From: Stegostoma tigrinum
Taxonomy: Eukaryota
Assembly (NCBI RefSeq): GCF_030684315.1
Contig: NC_081361.1
Coordinates: 5,791,150-5,855,013, forward strand
Reading direction: 5' to 3'
Length of the DNA stretch: 63,864 nt
In this document: in pieces, positions 34,388 through 48,852 of the stretch
How positions within the stretch are numbered: the stretch's first letter is position 1
How the letters are laid out: each line of letters begins with the position of its first letter
Program-made: the position numbers and the translations under genes
The notes under the pieces: generated by a model
The model's input: only the letters and a program-made list of their open reading frames with translations
Told to the model about the DNA's origin: nothing
Databases searched by the model: none

Positions 34388-34518
34388 CTGCAACATCGGG
34401 AAAGCAAAGACCTGAATGAGAGTCTCAATCAGCATCAAACATTAATCACATGGATGAGACTTCTACCCCGCCTTTTGCGTCAGGTGTCTCCCTCACCCCC
34501 TACTGCCTACACCCCCTA

Positions 34519-34644
<126 letters not shown>

Positions 34645-37235
34645 CTATCGAAGTGGGGAAGGTGGACACAGTGTGAGGGTCAGACAGCAGGTCTCCTTCC
34701 AATCTTCCAGACAATACGATAGGACACTCGGCCACTTTTCCTGAATTTCTTCCCTGGACGTCACCTTCACCTCTCAGTCATGGAGCAAACGGAAATTTAA
34801 CGTTTATTGCTGGTTGCGATTTAAAAATAGAGAAATCTTGTTATAACTGTGCAGGGAGTTAGCGAGCCTGCACTGAGAGTACTGTATACAATTTGAGTTT
34901 CTGTTTTTAAGAAAGGATGGACTGGCATGGGGAGCCTCCTCCAGCTTCTATTTCTCTTGTCCTTGTGTGCTCCAGGGTCATTTCCTCACATCTGAACTGA
35001 TTTGGGGCCTGCCTGCAGTAACAGCCTCCAGTCTCTGGGTCATGTTGCCAAATGATCTGTCTTGGCCAGCTTCCCAATTCCTCTCCCCAGTCTCCTGCTG
35101 CAGCAGGTGGACGTGATGCAGCAGGAGCACAGCTTTATCTTCAATACCTACCTCATCTCTCAAACTCTCCAATCTGGCCTCCCACCTCATGGCTGGCAGC
35201 TGTGCCTTCAGTCACCCAGGCCCTCAACACGGGAATTTCCTCCACAAACCCCTCTCACTGCTTAGAAATAGCTCTTTGACCCCTTTTGGTCCTCAACCCA
35301 AACACCATATGTGCCCTCCTTTTGGATGGTTACAGCATTAAAGATGCTCCATCAATACAAGTTGTTGTTGTTGATATGACTGACCGGGAGTTATTTATTG
35401 ACTGGTCTCACTGATATAAAAGGAAAGGGAGTGACCACTGGCTGTGGAGAGATGATCATTTTCAGCCTGCTGCACCATCACTACCCACTCACCAAGCTTC
35501 CTTAAGATAGCACCTTCCAAACCCACCACCACTTCCATCTAGAAGGACAAGGGCAGCAGATACATGGGAATACCACTCCCTGCAAGTTCCTCTCTAGGCC
35601 ACTCACCATCCTGACTTGGAAATATATCACCTTTCCTTCATTGTCGGTGGGTCAAGATGCTGGAATTCCCTTCCTCTTGGTATTGTGGGTTTGCCTATAG
35701 GACATGACCTGCAGCAGTTCAAGAAGGCAGCTCACCACCAACTTCACCAGGTCCACGAGGGATGGGTAATAAATGCTGGTACAGCTAGTGCCCCACATCC
35801 TGTGAATGAATTCCTTTCGCATCTCCCTCCCACCCAGCTCTATACTCCGACCTCACTGGCTATTTGGGTTTAATTTGCCAGCCTGTCCCATTCTTCGCTC
35901 CGATGTCCTACCCTCAATGTCCTGGTGAATAGTTCGCAGTTCCTGTGGGAGCCTGCTGAGAGTAAATGGACTGTCCCAGTTCCCACATTACAACAACTGC
36001 TAGACTTTGGAATATTCCATTGGCTGTAAAACATCTTCAAACATCCTGAGATCATGAACGGTGTAACAAAAATACAATTCTCTCTCCTTTTTGTTTCCTC
36101 TCCACGCCTTCCCTCTTTTTCTCTTCACAACACCACTCCCTTGTTGAAAATCCAGAATGAATCTTGAATCTCTTGGAGAATTGACTCTGTGATACAAATA
36201 ATGACGAGCTCCTTGGTGGGCTTTGAGTGTGAAGGTCAATAACAGTCTCATTGTGACTTGATCTGGGTTGTCTCCAGTCAGTCAGTGTTATTGTTCTGGG
36301 CACAGACAGTACTGGCCAACCTTGGATACTGAAATCTGATTGAGATGAAGGGTGAGCTGTGCCAGGCTTTAACATATGGGTCTGTATAGTGAGGCAGGGA
36401 TTACCCATTTCACAAGAGTGAAAATGGAATTGACAAACTGGGTGGGTGAACAGTAACATCCTCAAACAGAAAAGGATGGTAAAAATGGTACACACAGAGA
36501 TGGAGGGAACAAGATATCAAAACCACTCAGTGAGAAGAGACAGGAACATTGACCCTCCTCAGATGCTGAGCAGTGACCTTATACAGGTTTATAAAATCAT
36601 GACGGGCATGGATAGAGTAAATAGACATGGTCTTTTCACAGGAGTACGGAAGTCCAAAACTAGATTGCATAGATTTAAGGTGAGAAGCAAAAGGTTTAAA
36701 AAGGTCCTGAGAGGCAACTTTTTCTCCCAGAGTGTGGTGCAAGTGTAGAAAAAGCTGCCAGAGGAAATGGTGGAGGCTCATAGAATTACAACATTTAAAG
36801 GGCATCTGGATGTGCATATGAATAGGAAGGGTTGAGAGCGAAATGGGCCAAATGCTGGCAAATGGGATTAGGTTTGTGATGTCCAGTCAACATGGATGAG
36901 TTGAACCAAAAGATCTGATTGTACTGTATATCTTTTTGATTCTATACTGTGGATGCTGTAAATCTGAAAAAAATAACAAAAATTGCTGGAAAAGCTCACC
37001 TGGCCTGGCAGCATCTGTGACGGGAAATCATAATAATTTTTATAAAACCTGGGTTACACCTAATTTCAAATGTAGCTGCAAAGGCTACTGCATTTTCTTT
37101 GAAAGCGACATGATAGTGGGATGAGAATTCAAACACCCATCCACTCCATCACACAGCATTGAAGACACACTGCCTTCAATGAGACACATTTGCAAATCTC
37201 TTCATAACATGCATGGCAAAAGAAACACCGAAGTC

Positions 37236-39395
37236 AATAAATGTGGAGCTGGATAACGCAGTAGGTCAGACAGCATCAGAGGAGCAGGAAAGTCAATGTT
37301 TCAGGGTGAAACGCTTCATCAGGACTGTGGATGGAGAGAGGAGCCCAGGAATAAATAATTAGATGGCAATGGGGGCTGGGGCAAGGTAGGTGGGATGGTG
37401 ATAGGTTGATGAAGGTAAGGGGTTATTGTGACTGGTCTGTGGGAAAGGTGGAGCAGATAGGTGAGTAGGAAGATGAGATAACAAGGTTTAGACCTGGAGG
37501 AACACAGCAGGCCAGGCAGGATCAGAGGAGCAGGAAAGCTGACGTTTCGGGTCAGGAACCTTCTTCAGAAATAGGAGATGGGAAGAGGGCACTGAAGTAA
37601 GTAGAGTGTCGGGGGGTTGTGGTGACAGCAGGTAGATAATGGAGCAGATAGGTAGGAGAGAAGCTGGACAGGTCAAGGAGGTGGAGATGAAGCTAATGAG
37701 GGTGAGTGTAGGTAAGAGGTGGGGTGGGGATTTGTCAGTGAGGTGGGAGGAGCAGGCAGGTGGGAGAGAAGATAGACAGGTCAAGGAGGTGGGGATGAGA
37801 GGTTGGGCTGGTCTTGGGATGAGGTCAAGGGTGACGAGATTTTGAAGGTTGTAAAGGCCACATTGAGAGCATTGGGTTGCAGTCTTCCAAGGCAGAATAT
37901 GAGGTGCTATGCCTCCAGTATCCGTGTGGTGTTGTTGTGACACTGGTAGAGCCCCAGGATGGGCATGTTGTCCAGGGGGTGGGAGGGGAGTTGAAGTGGC
38001 TCGTGACTGGGAGGTGTTGTATTTTGTTGCAAACTATGTGTAGGTGCTCCACAAAGTGGTATCCAAGCCTCCACTGGCCTCCTTGATGTAGAGGAGGCCA
38101 CACCAGGAACAGCGGACACAGTAGACCATGTCCCAGATGTCCTCGTTTTTCAAGGAGCACAACTACGCCCTCCCCTCCCCCGCCACCCTCAGTGGTCACA
38201 AACACCTTCAACTGCATCCCTTGAGTTTCCCAAACCTCAGCCCTCATACCCCTCCTGCAATAAAATCAAAGACAGAATTTCCCTTGCCCTCACTTATCAT
38301 CCCATTAAACTCCGGATTCAATGCATCATTCTCCGCCACTTCTGCCACCTGAAACCTGACCCCACTCCCAAGGATATATTTCCCTCCCCACTCTTATCTG
38401 GCTTCTGGAGGGACCACTCTCAACGCAACTCCCTCGTCCACTCCACAGTCCTCACTAGCTCCACCAACCCTGGCATCTTTCCCTGCAACCCTAGGAGATA
38501 CTACACCTCACCCGACCTCAATCCCAGGCCCCAAAACAACCTTCCACATTAAACAAATGTTCACCTGCACAGCCATTAATGTGGTCTCCCGATTCCCAAT
38601 GTGGCCTCCACTTCATCGGGGAGACCAAGTGGAGGCTTGGAGATTGCTTTGCGGAGCACCTATGCTCTGTTTGTGACAAACGACAACACCAGTCGTGGCC
38701 ACTTCAACTTCCCCTCCCACTCCCTTTACTAGCTTCAAAATTTCTCCACTCCTGACCTCATTTCAAGAGCAGCACCTCCTATCAACCCTGCCTCCTTGAC
38801 CTGTCCATCTTCTATCCCACCGATCTGTACCTCCTGCCTCACTGACCAATCTCCACCCCCACTTCTTACTTAGTAGCTTCCTCCCCTCCCACATTTCTGA
38901 AGAAGGGTCCCGAACCAAAACGTCAGCTTTCCTGCTCCTCTGATTTTGCATGGTCTATTGTCTTCCTCCAGGTTCACATCTTGTTATCTCAGACTCCAGC
39001 ATCAGCAGTTGCAACCATCTCTGAGTGAGTAGGAAGGTGGACACTGGTTAACTCAGGTCACAGGGGTGGGACATGGGATAAGGATGTGGGTGTAGGGAGT
39101 TTGAAGTTGGCAAAGTCAATGTTGACATCCTTGGGCTGTCAAGGTGAAATATGAGGTGTTGTTCCTCCAGTTAACATTTGGCCTCACTCCGACAGTGGGG
39201 GAAGCTAAGGATGGGCATGTCACTGGGCAGTGGGAGGGGCAATTAAAACGCATGGCAACTGGAAGGTCGGGTTGGTTGATGAATGCAGACCACAAATGCT
39301 CTGCCAAATCCCCAAGTCTGCGTTTGGTCTCCCCAACATAGAAGAGACCTTATCAGGTGGAATGGATGCAATAAATCAACATTGAGAAACAGTGA
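37236..39395 (-). mobile_element. Old PLE hosting a nested PLE
   Basis: PLE 3' end at ~37236-37472; GIY-YIG region (AEHLWS...DLPVAMRFN) at 39037-39395. Confidence 0.7.
37473..39024. mobile_element. Nested inverted two-armed PLE
   Basis: 12-bp TSD GTGAGTAGGAAG (37461-37472 / 39025-39036). Strand switch at ~38128. Confidence 0.85.
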
Positions 39396-39889
39396 AAACT
39401 GTGTTATCATGAGTGAGAGTGCAGTTGATGTCTGTCTCAGTGTGCGTCCATGGGAAGACAGCTTTGAGCACAGAGTTCACAGCACAGAAACAAACCTGAT
39501 CAAAAACCAGTGCATTTCTTTCCAAACTTCCTTTGCACATCCACACACCCTATGGAGGTATCTGACAGTCTCATCGCCTGCCCTGCAGCAGCTCGAGGGC
39601 AGTGTGTGATGGTGTAGAGAGACTGGGCATGCATGAAGGATCTTACAGGCAGACCCCTTCTCACCACCAGCCGAGCAATATCCTGGTGCTTGTTGGAAAG
39701 CTGGGGGACATTTTCATTGTGGTCCGATAAATATCCTGCTTCTAAAGCGGTTCTCTCTCTCTCTCTCTCTTCTCTCTCTCTTTGATTGAGCCCGTTAGAT
39801 CCTTGCAGACCTGCAGTTTGATCGGTTCACGGACAATGAAAGAGCTGCCCTCTAATAGCTATATAGTGCTTGCCTAGCCACTGAGGAGT

Positions 39890-42170
39890 ATGGGTAATGA
39901 ATGCCATCCAGACGTTTGCTGACGACACCACCATGGTATGTCAGATATCAAGCAGGATGAACCAGAATTCAGGAAGGAGATGGACAGCTTGTTATCATGG
40001 TGCAATAATAACAGCTCTTTCTCAAGGTCAACAAAACAAAACAACTGATCGTTGACTTCAGGAAGAAAGGAGAACACGCCCCCATCTACATCAATGCAGC
40101 TATGGTGGACAGGGTCTGGAATGTCAAATTCCTGGGACTGATGATAAATGACAATCTGTCCTGGATGTCCCATGCATATGCAATGGCAAAGAAGGCAAAA
40201 CAATTTCATCAGGTAGCTTAGGAAATTCAGTAGGCCAAGAAGGACCATCATCAACATCTACAGATATACCATTGAAAGCATACTATCTGGTGCACAATGG
40301 CTTGGAATGGCAACGGCTCTGCACAGCACTGTAAGGAGCAACAGAAAGGTTTGCACACAGCCCAGACCATAACAGAAGCCAATGACCCATTTACACAAAG
40401 AAAAACAAAGTTGCTAGAAAAGCTCAGCACATCTGGCAGCATCTATGAAGGAGAAAACAGAGTTAACATTTCTGGACCAGTTCCTTCCTCAGAACTGATA
40501 GTGGCTGGGAAAACTTCAGTTTATAAGCAAAAAACAGGGAGGTGGGTGGGATAGGGAGTAAATAATAGGATAGAGCCAAAAGAGAGAGAAAAACAGTTGG
40601 GCAGGAAAAGGAATTGCTGACGATCAGACTGGGAGGATGGATAATTGCTGATTGGCACTGTTAGTGACTAACAACAGGGGCTGTGTAATGGCAGGGTATG
40701 TGGTAACAAGGCTTGGTGTGTGGGGTGGGGTCTGGGACATGGGAGAGTTTGAGCCATAAAATTATTCAACTCAATATTGAGTCTGGAGCGCTGTATGGTT
40801 CCCAAGCGGAATATGAGGCGTTGGGTTTCACTGGAACACTGCAGCAAGCCAGAGACAGAGATGTTGTCCAGGGAGCAGGGTGTTGCATTGAAGTGGCAGG
40901 GAGGTAGTCCAGGGTCTTTTTTGCAAGCAGAATGTAGGTGTTCTGCGAAGTGGTCGCCAAGTCTATGCTTTGTTTCACCAATGTAGAGGTGGCCAAATTG
41001 TGAGCAGCAAATGCAGTATACTAGATACTGGGAAGTGTTGCTTCACCTGGAAGGTATTTTTGGCCCCTTGGATACTGGGGAGGGAGAAGGTAAATGGGCG
41101 GGTGTTGCACCTTCACCAGTTACAGGGTAAGGTGCCGTAGGGCTGTGGGGAGGTTTTGGGGGTGAAGGAAGTGTGGGCCATGTTGTCCCAGTGGGAACAG
41201 ACCCTGCAGAAGGCAGACAAGGGAGGGGAGGGAAATATGTGCGTGGTGGTGGTATCTTGTTTGAGGTGGTGGAAACGGAGTCTGAGGATTTTCTGGATCA
41301 AGATGCTGGTGGGATGGTAGCTGAGGATAAGGGGAACCCTATCACTGTTGTGGGCGGGAAAAGAAGGGGTGAGGGCAAAAGTGCAGGAGATGGGTCAGAC
41401 CTAGTTGAGCGCCCTGTCAACAGTCGAGCTGGGGAATCCACAGTTGGGGAAGAAGGTGGATACTTCAGAGGCTCCCTTGTCAAATTTGGCCTCATCTGAA
41501 CAGATGAAACAGAGACAGTGGAACTGAGAGAATGGGATGGAGTGTTTACAGGAAGTGGGGTGTAAGGGTGTATAGTCCAGGTAGCTGTGGGAGTTAGTGG
41601 GTTTGTAATGGATATTAGTGGCCAGTCTATCCCCAGAAATGGAAACAGAAATGTCGAGGAAGGGAAAACAGAAATCAGAGATAGACCAGTTAAAGTGAGG
41701 GCAGTGTACAAATTGGAGGTGAAATTGATGAAGTTTTCCAAATCCAGATGAAAGAAGGAAGCTGCACTGATGATATCATTGCTGTATGGAAGACAGTTCC
41801 ATTTACAGACTCCATTTGCACTTATTGTTGCCATGGAAAAGCTTTCCTCCCAACCCGTAATGTTCTCTTTCAATCTCTTTTGTCAGGCAGAACATACAAA
41901 GCTCGAACACATGCACCAACAGATTCAAGAACAGCTTCTTCTCTGTTTTATTAGACTGCTGAATGGGCCTCTTTAACTATACATAATATTGATCTTGCTA
42001 AAGGTGATCTTGCTTTGAGCACCTCCTGTGCAACTGTAATCTTATATTCCTCTCTCTGTCTAAACACCCTCTGATTTATCTGACTTTGTTCGCTCTGATC
42101 TGCCTGTACTGCTCACAAAACACCGCTTTTCACTGTTCCTCGGTACAAGAGACCACAATAAATCAAATCA
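39890..42170 (+). mobile_element. Rex1/Babar-like LINE 3' part, interrupted by a PLE
   Basis: FADDTT...KTKQLIVDFRKK...VKFLGLMI.DNLSW (39915-40165); resumes at ~41800 and ends in CAATAAATCAAATCAAA. Confidence 0.7.
40395..41750 (-). mobile_element. Decayed PLE
   Basis: LENFINFTSN, ILRLRFHHLKQD...FPSPPLSAF and GETKHRLGDHFAEHL motifs. Confidence 0.8.
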
Positions 42171-43064
42171 AAGTACACATCTTCCACGGAAGTATCACAG
42201 ACTTTACTGAAATGAAATGAACTGAAAGAAGGGAAGGAAATGGGAAGAGGTAACGAGACATGCATGAAGATCAAGAGAGGTGAGACTGTATGGATTATAC
42301 AGTGCAATTAAAAAAGATCCCAACTGACTTTCAAAACAGAAGTTCAACTGTACAAGGATATAATTGAGAGAGCATTCACTGACACAAACAGGTTGCGTAT
42401 CGGGGATTCTGACTTTTTGGTGACTCACCCTGTTTGAGGCATTACTGTCAAGGACGGTTCAGATGTAAATAAAGGGAGGCTATGTGACAGGATACCAGCC
42501 TCTGTGGAGTTAATTCCAGATCTGTGACTGGGGGCATAGATTTAAAGTAAGGGGAAGGAGGCTTAGAGGAGATGTGAGAAAAAGTCGTTTTCACTCAGGC
42601 AGTGGTGGGAATCTGGAACTCACGGCCTATAAGGGTGGGAGAGACAGAAACCCACAGAACATTGAAGAGGTGTTTTGATGTGCGCCTGTAATGCCAAGAT
42701 ATAAAAGGCTATATGCCAAGTGCTGGGCAATGGGATTCAAAAAGTGAGATGGTTGTTGTTGGCTGGTGCAGATGCAATGGGCTGAAGGGTAATGTTCTGT
42801 GATGTTAATCTCCATAACTCTGTCAGCCAGCCACACTTCTCTGCCATCTGCCTTCCTCCTATCATTGACCATCTCTGTCAATCTTTCCACCTTTCCATAT
42901 GCATCAGTGACAGAGCCCCATTCTCTCTTTGTCTGACTCTCCCTGCCTCTCTCGCTATCCTTCTCTGAGTTTAAGTTCTCTATTTATCACTGTCTAACTC
43001 TTCTTCTAATTCCTTTCTTTCTTTCCCTCTCTTTCTCACTGTCTCTCTCAGCCTATATTTACTG

Positions 43065-43095
<31 letters not shown>

Positions 43096-43479
43096 TCCCT
43101 CTCCCTCTCTCTTTCCACCCCCACCGCTCACAATGCCTGTGTTTTTTTTTCCCTGCTCAGGTGTACATGTACATATGAGAATTAGGAACAGGAGAAGGCC
43201 ATTCAGTCCACCATCCTGTTCTGCTATTCAGTAAGCTTCTGGCGGATCTGATTGTAATCTCAAACCCATAGACCCCTCCAATTTCCACCCCTTTGTTTGA
43301 CAACAACCTGTTGTAAAAATGGCCAACGACTCTCTTGCTGAAAATATGCGGGAAGCAGAGTTCCACACACTCACAATCCTTTGAAAGAAATTTATGTTGA
43401 CAATGGGGTTCTCCTGGTTTCCAGTTTTAGAATCTTCCAGAGGGGGGAAATGCCCTCTCCACATGCTCAACATTTTGAC

Positions 43480-45960
43480 TCTCAGCATCTTCTGCAGAAA
43501 ATTTCATCTGGAGCTGTCCGAATTGAGCTGTGTCTTGCAGAGATACAGCTGAGACATGATAGGCTGAAGGTTTCCTTCTGCTCCAGAGTTATTCTGCTTC
43601 TTGCACATCATGACTATTAAAATAACCAGAGGCTGTTCGTTCTGTTGATCTAACAGTTCTCCAATTTGGTGTAGGAAAGTGAACTATTAAGATTTGCCTC
43701 GCAATTGGGAACAAAGGACTACGCACTCTTGACATGTAGGGATGAACAGCCAAATGCTAAAGGAGTGATACAAAATAAAGGATTGATATTCAACAGTCAG
43801 AAATGTTGTATCAATGATCTGTAGAAAATATTGAACATAAAAGCCATGCAAACTCCTCAACACAAGGACAATCTTCAAAAATGCCTCAGTCTCATCAATT
43901 TCATATTGGCACATACTTCAATTTTGCTCAAGAGTCTCATCATTGAGAGAATTCCTGAGAAATGTGTTCTCCCTCCTTTGAATTGAGGTTTACTGTCAGC
44001 TTTTTGTCGCAGTGAAACAGTCACAACTGGAAACATTAAACATGTAATTTTATGACCCCAGAGAGAGAGGGCTACGCTAGAGTTTGATGCCTCCCAGAAG
44101 GCTCTGGCAGCATGCAATCTACAAAGGCAAACACACCGAATTTGCTTCCAAAAATCTTTCTGTCATGCAGTCCAGCTCTGAGGAAGTAACCATCTTTAGA
44201 TTTTGGTTTGGATCCTTGTGTATTCATACTGATCTATTCAATGAAGATTTGTGGCACATGTTAACCGCAGCCACTGGAGGTGTTTGGCACAAACCATTTA
44301 GCAGTACTCCCTCAAGTTTACATAGACCCAAGGCTGTGAGTGTGAGCTTAGATCCAAGCCGAGTGGCCTGGTGGTCACGTCAGATATTTTCACAGCCTAC
44401 CTGACCCAGTGAAAACAGAAGATACACTGCTGGAGATGGAAGTAGAGCTCACTGATATTAAACTTGAAATGGTGTCCGAATTGACCTGGCACACTTTGTA
44501 TAACACGGATACAGGCAGCTCCAGGGAAATGTAACAGAAGATTCCACACAGTAGGAACATAGTACGGGGGTGTATCGCAATGGTCTGATTCAATTCAGCA
44601 AAGAACATGGACATGAGAGACAACATAGACCTCTTCAGAGTGAGCTCAGCATCTGCTACAGAGACATTTCCAAAGAACAGCAGGTCATTGTATCAGAATC
44701 CTCACAACCTGATATTCTCCAACATCCACATCACTCATGCATGGGCGTAGATGACATGAGAGGTATTGAAGGAGATTTGAGTGTATTGCCCAGGTATTGA
44801 CACTGGCATTGAGATCATACTATGAGCTGTGAGTGCCTGCTAAGTCAGAGCAAAAGGCCACCAATACCTCATGAAGTCTCTGCCTGACATAGATCCAAAA
44901 CCACACTAATGTCCATGGTAAGTGTCAGTGTTTTGACTTCTTTAGCAAGAACATGGTTCATCAGTTGCACAGTACATCATAACTCTCATGCTCACTCCAG
45001 GCTACATCTTTGGTGTATATGCAACATCTACATCGCACCCCGATGCCCATCTCACCATAGATATCAGGAAGAAATTATGGAGAAGTGTGAACACACCCCT
45101 CTCCATCTTGAAAACCAGTCTTCCTTCCATTGACTCTGTCTGCCTTTCCCACTGCCTCAGAAAAGCGGCCAACATTATCAAAACCCATCCCCCACCCCAG
45201 TTATACTCTCTTCCACCCTCTTTCTTTTGACAGAAGACACAAAAATTTGAAAATATGTACCAACTGATTGAGAACAACTCCTTCCTTGCTGTTATCTGAC
45301 TTATAAGCAGATGTCTCATATATTAGAGTTGATCTTTCTCTGCACCTTTTCTTTAGTTGTAACACTGTATCCCACATTCTGTTCCCTTACCCAAATGTAT
45401 AGATGTGAGGTATGATTTCTCTGGATAGCACCTAGAACAACATGTTTCACTGTATCTCAGGACGTGTAACAATAATAAATCAAACCAATTCATTACAGAA
45501 ATTACTCCATCAGCTATTCGTCATCCACTCTGCAACATATAAGAAAAAAATTGGATTATCGATCACACGACTTATTCTCCATCTTATCCAGGCTAACAGC
45601 AGATGAGCTGAATGCATGATTCACACGATCAAAAATCTAACCTCAAATGAGACAGACTGAACAAGATCTGCACATTGTAGCGTTACATATGAGAGCAGCA
45701 ACCATCACATTCCCCACTCTCGTTCCCCAGTGCAATCGCTCCATCATCAGGGGAGCTCCCGTACGGCAGATTAGGGCGGACCCATTTCACAATTCGAATC
45801 CAAACATATCTCTTTGAATCCCGACAGCAGCTTGTAAGACTCCAGGAGAAGATGAGCAACTTTCACCAGAATTGCAAGTGGGGCAACACATTTATGTTCA
45901 GGAAACCTTACAGTGGCCAGCTCAGGTGACAGGGATATGCTCAGAACTGAGATCCTATGA
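43480..45960. mobile_element. Highly decayed Gypsy-like pol fragments, with a Rex1-like 3' piece at ~45050-45485
   Basis: Weak RNase H-like motifs on the - strand (YTKLE, QPLVI); integrase-like TYSP..QAN.R.AE.MIHTIK on + (~45560-45635). Confidence 0.35.
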
Positions 45961-45974
45961 CGTTTGTATTATAT

Positions 45975-48285
45975 ATAGAGTCATAGAATCATACAAGACA
46001 GCGGACCCTTCAGCCAAACAAGTCTGTCCTATCAAAATTACACTACAACCTATACGAATCCTACTATCTCTGATTTAATGTACAACCTTAAATGTTGTGA
46101 CATTTCAAGTGTTTATCCAAGTGCTTTTTAAAGGTTTTGGGGTTATCGACCTCAACTGCTCACCCCCCGACTCCCAGGCAGTGCATTCCTGACACACACC
46201 ATCCTCTGGGTGAAAAACATTTTCCGCACATTGTCTTGAAACCTCCCGTCTTTCACTTTAAAATTGTGTCCGTTTGTTATTGATTCACCCACCCAATGCT
46301 AACTAAGGGGAACATCTGCTTTCTATTCACCCTGACCATGACCCGTCATAATCTTATTCACCTCAGTCAAGACCCTATCAGAACCCTTCCTTGCTCCAAA
46401 GAAAACAACCCATATTTATCCAGCCTCTCTTCATCGTTGGAATGTTCCACCCCAGGCAACACAGCTCCAACATAGCCTCTCTGCTTGGAAAATCCATGCC
46501 CGAACAGATAAAAGCAAGCATTCTGTTTGCCTTCTTAACTACACTTAACTAACTACTCTTAACTTGTCCTGTTACCTTCAGGGATCTGTGGACTTGGCTA
46601 TAATATTCATTTCCCTTCTCCAAGTCATTCATGTTTAATGTAAATAATGATGGCCTCATCACTGATCTCTGTGGTGCACATTTAGTGTTTGTATTGCTAT
46701 GCAGAAAAAGCTCCACTTCTTCCAATTCTCTGAGTTCTGTAAGTTACCCAGTCCTCTACCCAAGCCAATATACTACCTCTAACACCCTGCACTAATGTCT
46801 TACAGAGTAACCTAATATGTGGTATTTTATCAAGCGCATTCTGAAAATCCAAATATATTACACTCACTGTTTGTTACCTCATCAAAGAAATCTAATGAAT
46901 GTGTCGGGTATGACTTCTTCTTCCTGAAACGATGCTGTCTCTGCTTGATCATATTATATGTGTTTGTAAATGCTCTGTTATTACATACTTGAAGATAGAA
47001 TTCGATGCTGAAGTTCGACTTTATAGAGGTATATAAAATCATGAAGGGCATAGATAAGGTGAATAGTCAAAGTACTTTCCCCAGGATAGGGGAGAACAAA
47101 ACGAGAGAGCATAGATTTAAGGTGAGAGGGGACAGATTTCAAAGGGACCTAAGGGGCAACTTTTTCACGCAGAGGTTGGTGCGTGTTTGGAATTGGGCTG
47201 CCAGAGAACGTAGAGGAGGCTGGTACGATTACAACATTTAAAAAACATCTGGATGAGTAAATGAAAGGGTTATGGGCCAAATGCTGGCAAATGTGACTAG
47301 GTTAAATAAGAAAAAGTTGTTGGCATGGATCAGTTAGACTGAAGGGTCTGTTTCCATGCTAAATAACTCACTGACTCTATCTTCCAAACAACAAATAAAT
47401 TAACTGGCATTTAATTTTCTTTTTCTTTTATCTCCCCTTTTTTAAATAAAGCTGTTGAACAGGCAATTTTTCAACCATCTGGGACTGTCAAGGAAATAAG
47501 GATTTTCGGAATGCCACAACCAATGTATATATTATCTCTATAGCTATGACATTTCATATCCTAGGATGGATCCTGTCAAGTCCAGTGAACTTTGTGGTCT
47601 TTACCTCCATTAGTTTCCTGACCACTTTTTCACTGGTGATAGCTATTGTGTTAATTTCCCCTCATTCTCTTGACCTTTGAATATTTAGTAAGTTTGGAAT
47701 GTAAAGACATTTATTTAATTATTCAACTCCTTGGCCATTTCTTCAGTCCCCGTTATTATTTCACCAGTTTCATTCTTTAAGGGGCCTGTGATCACATTGT
47801 ATTCTGTCTTCATTTTTATATGTTTAAAGAAGCCCTTTCTCTTCATCTCGATATTGCCAACAAGTTTATTAGTTTCCTCCCTTTCTTTTTTCAGTCATTT
47901 TATTTCGCTTTTAAAGCTTTGCCAAATGCTCTGGCTTACCAGAAAATTGCCATCATTGTATGTATTTTTTTCTTTCAAACGGATGCTATACTTAACTTCT
48001 TGGGTTAACTATGGTTAGCTGATGCCCTTCCAAGAACCCTTATTCCTCACAGGAATATGTACTTGATGTGAGCTACAAACTGCATTTTTAAATGCTTGTA
48101 ATTGTTCCTCAACCATGTTTATTGTTAAACCTCTTCCCCAGTCTATTCCAGCATCCATGTCCGTATTTGTACAGCGACAGAGCTCAGAAAAAGGCTGTTG
48201 AGCCCATCACATACATTCTGGTCAAAAACAACCATCTAACTATTGTAAACTCATTTTCCAACACAAGGCCCATAACCTAGCCTAT
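45975..48285. mobile_element. Mosaic of CR1 fragments
   Basis: EVYKIMKGIDKV...FFTQRLVRVWN (47015-47380, +) inside - strand CR1 remnants. Confidence 0.7.
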
Positions 48286-48447
48286 ACATCTTTGCACATT
48301 GGGATGAAACCGGAGCACCCAGAGGAAACTCGTGCAAATACAGGGAGAATGTGCAAGCTCCGCACGCACAGTTGCCCGATGGTGGAATCATACCTGGGCC
48401 CCTCACACTATGAGACAGCAGTGTTAATCACTGGGCCACCATGCTGC
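48283..48447 (-). mobile_element. V-SINE (HE1-like)
   Basis: GAAACCGGAGCACCCAGAGGAAAC...GGGAGAATGTGCAAGCTCC is the reverse of the V-domain. Confidence 0.75.
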
Positions 48448-48608
48448 CCCAGACCCTCTAGATTTAAGAGCTCATCTGCTCTAAAAGCTTGTAATTTCAA
48501 ATAAATCTGTCGGACTATAGCCTGGTGTTCTGTGTTCTGGCCTTGTTTTGAGAAGATTAAAGCCTAATCTTCAATCCCCATCACAAACCCCAGTTTTCAA
48601 TCCATTGC

Positions 48609-48840
48609 TCAGAGACACACACCTACAGGCAGCATAGAGTGCACACACTCTCAAAGACACCAACAGGCAGCACAGAGTAACACACACATTCTCAGAGAGA
48701 CACCTGCAGATGCACAGAGTAACAAACACAGAATCAGAGAGACAACTGTAGGCAGCCCAGAATAACTTACACGCATGCACGCAGACACACCTACAGGCAG
48801 CAGAAGGTACCACACATACACCGACAGGCTGCACAGAGTT
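48609..48840. repeat. ~42-bp minisatellite, about 5 diverged units
   Basis: Unit approx. AGAGACACACCTACAGGCAGCACAGAGTAACACACACTCTC. Confidence 0.75.
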
Positions 48841-48852
48841 TGACGCCCGCAC

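Noticed and set aside
39645-39742. Minus-strand ...IARLVVRRGLP before GTAAGA as a TBC-domain exon of the RABGAP1L fragment
   Set aside because: Does not align convincingly to the recalled sequence; weak acceptor.
48609-48840. CRISPR-like array
   Set aside because: Diverged tandem minisatellite without unique spacers, in vertebrate DNA.
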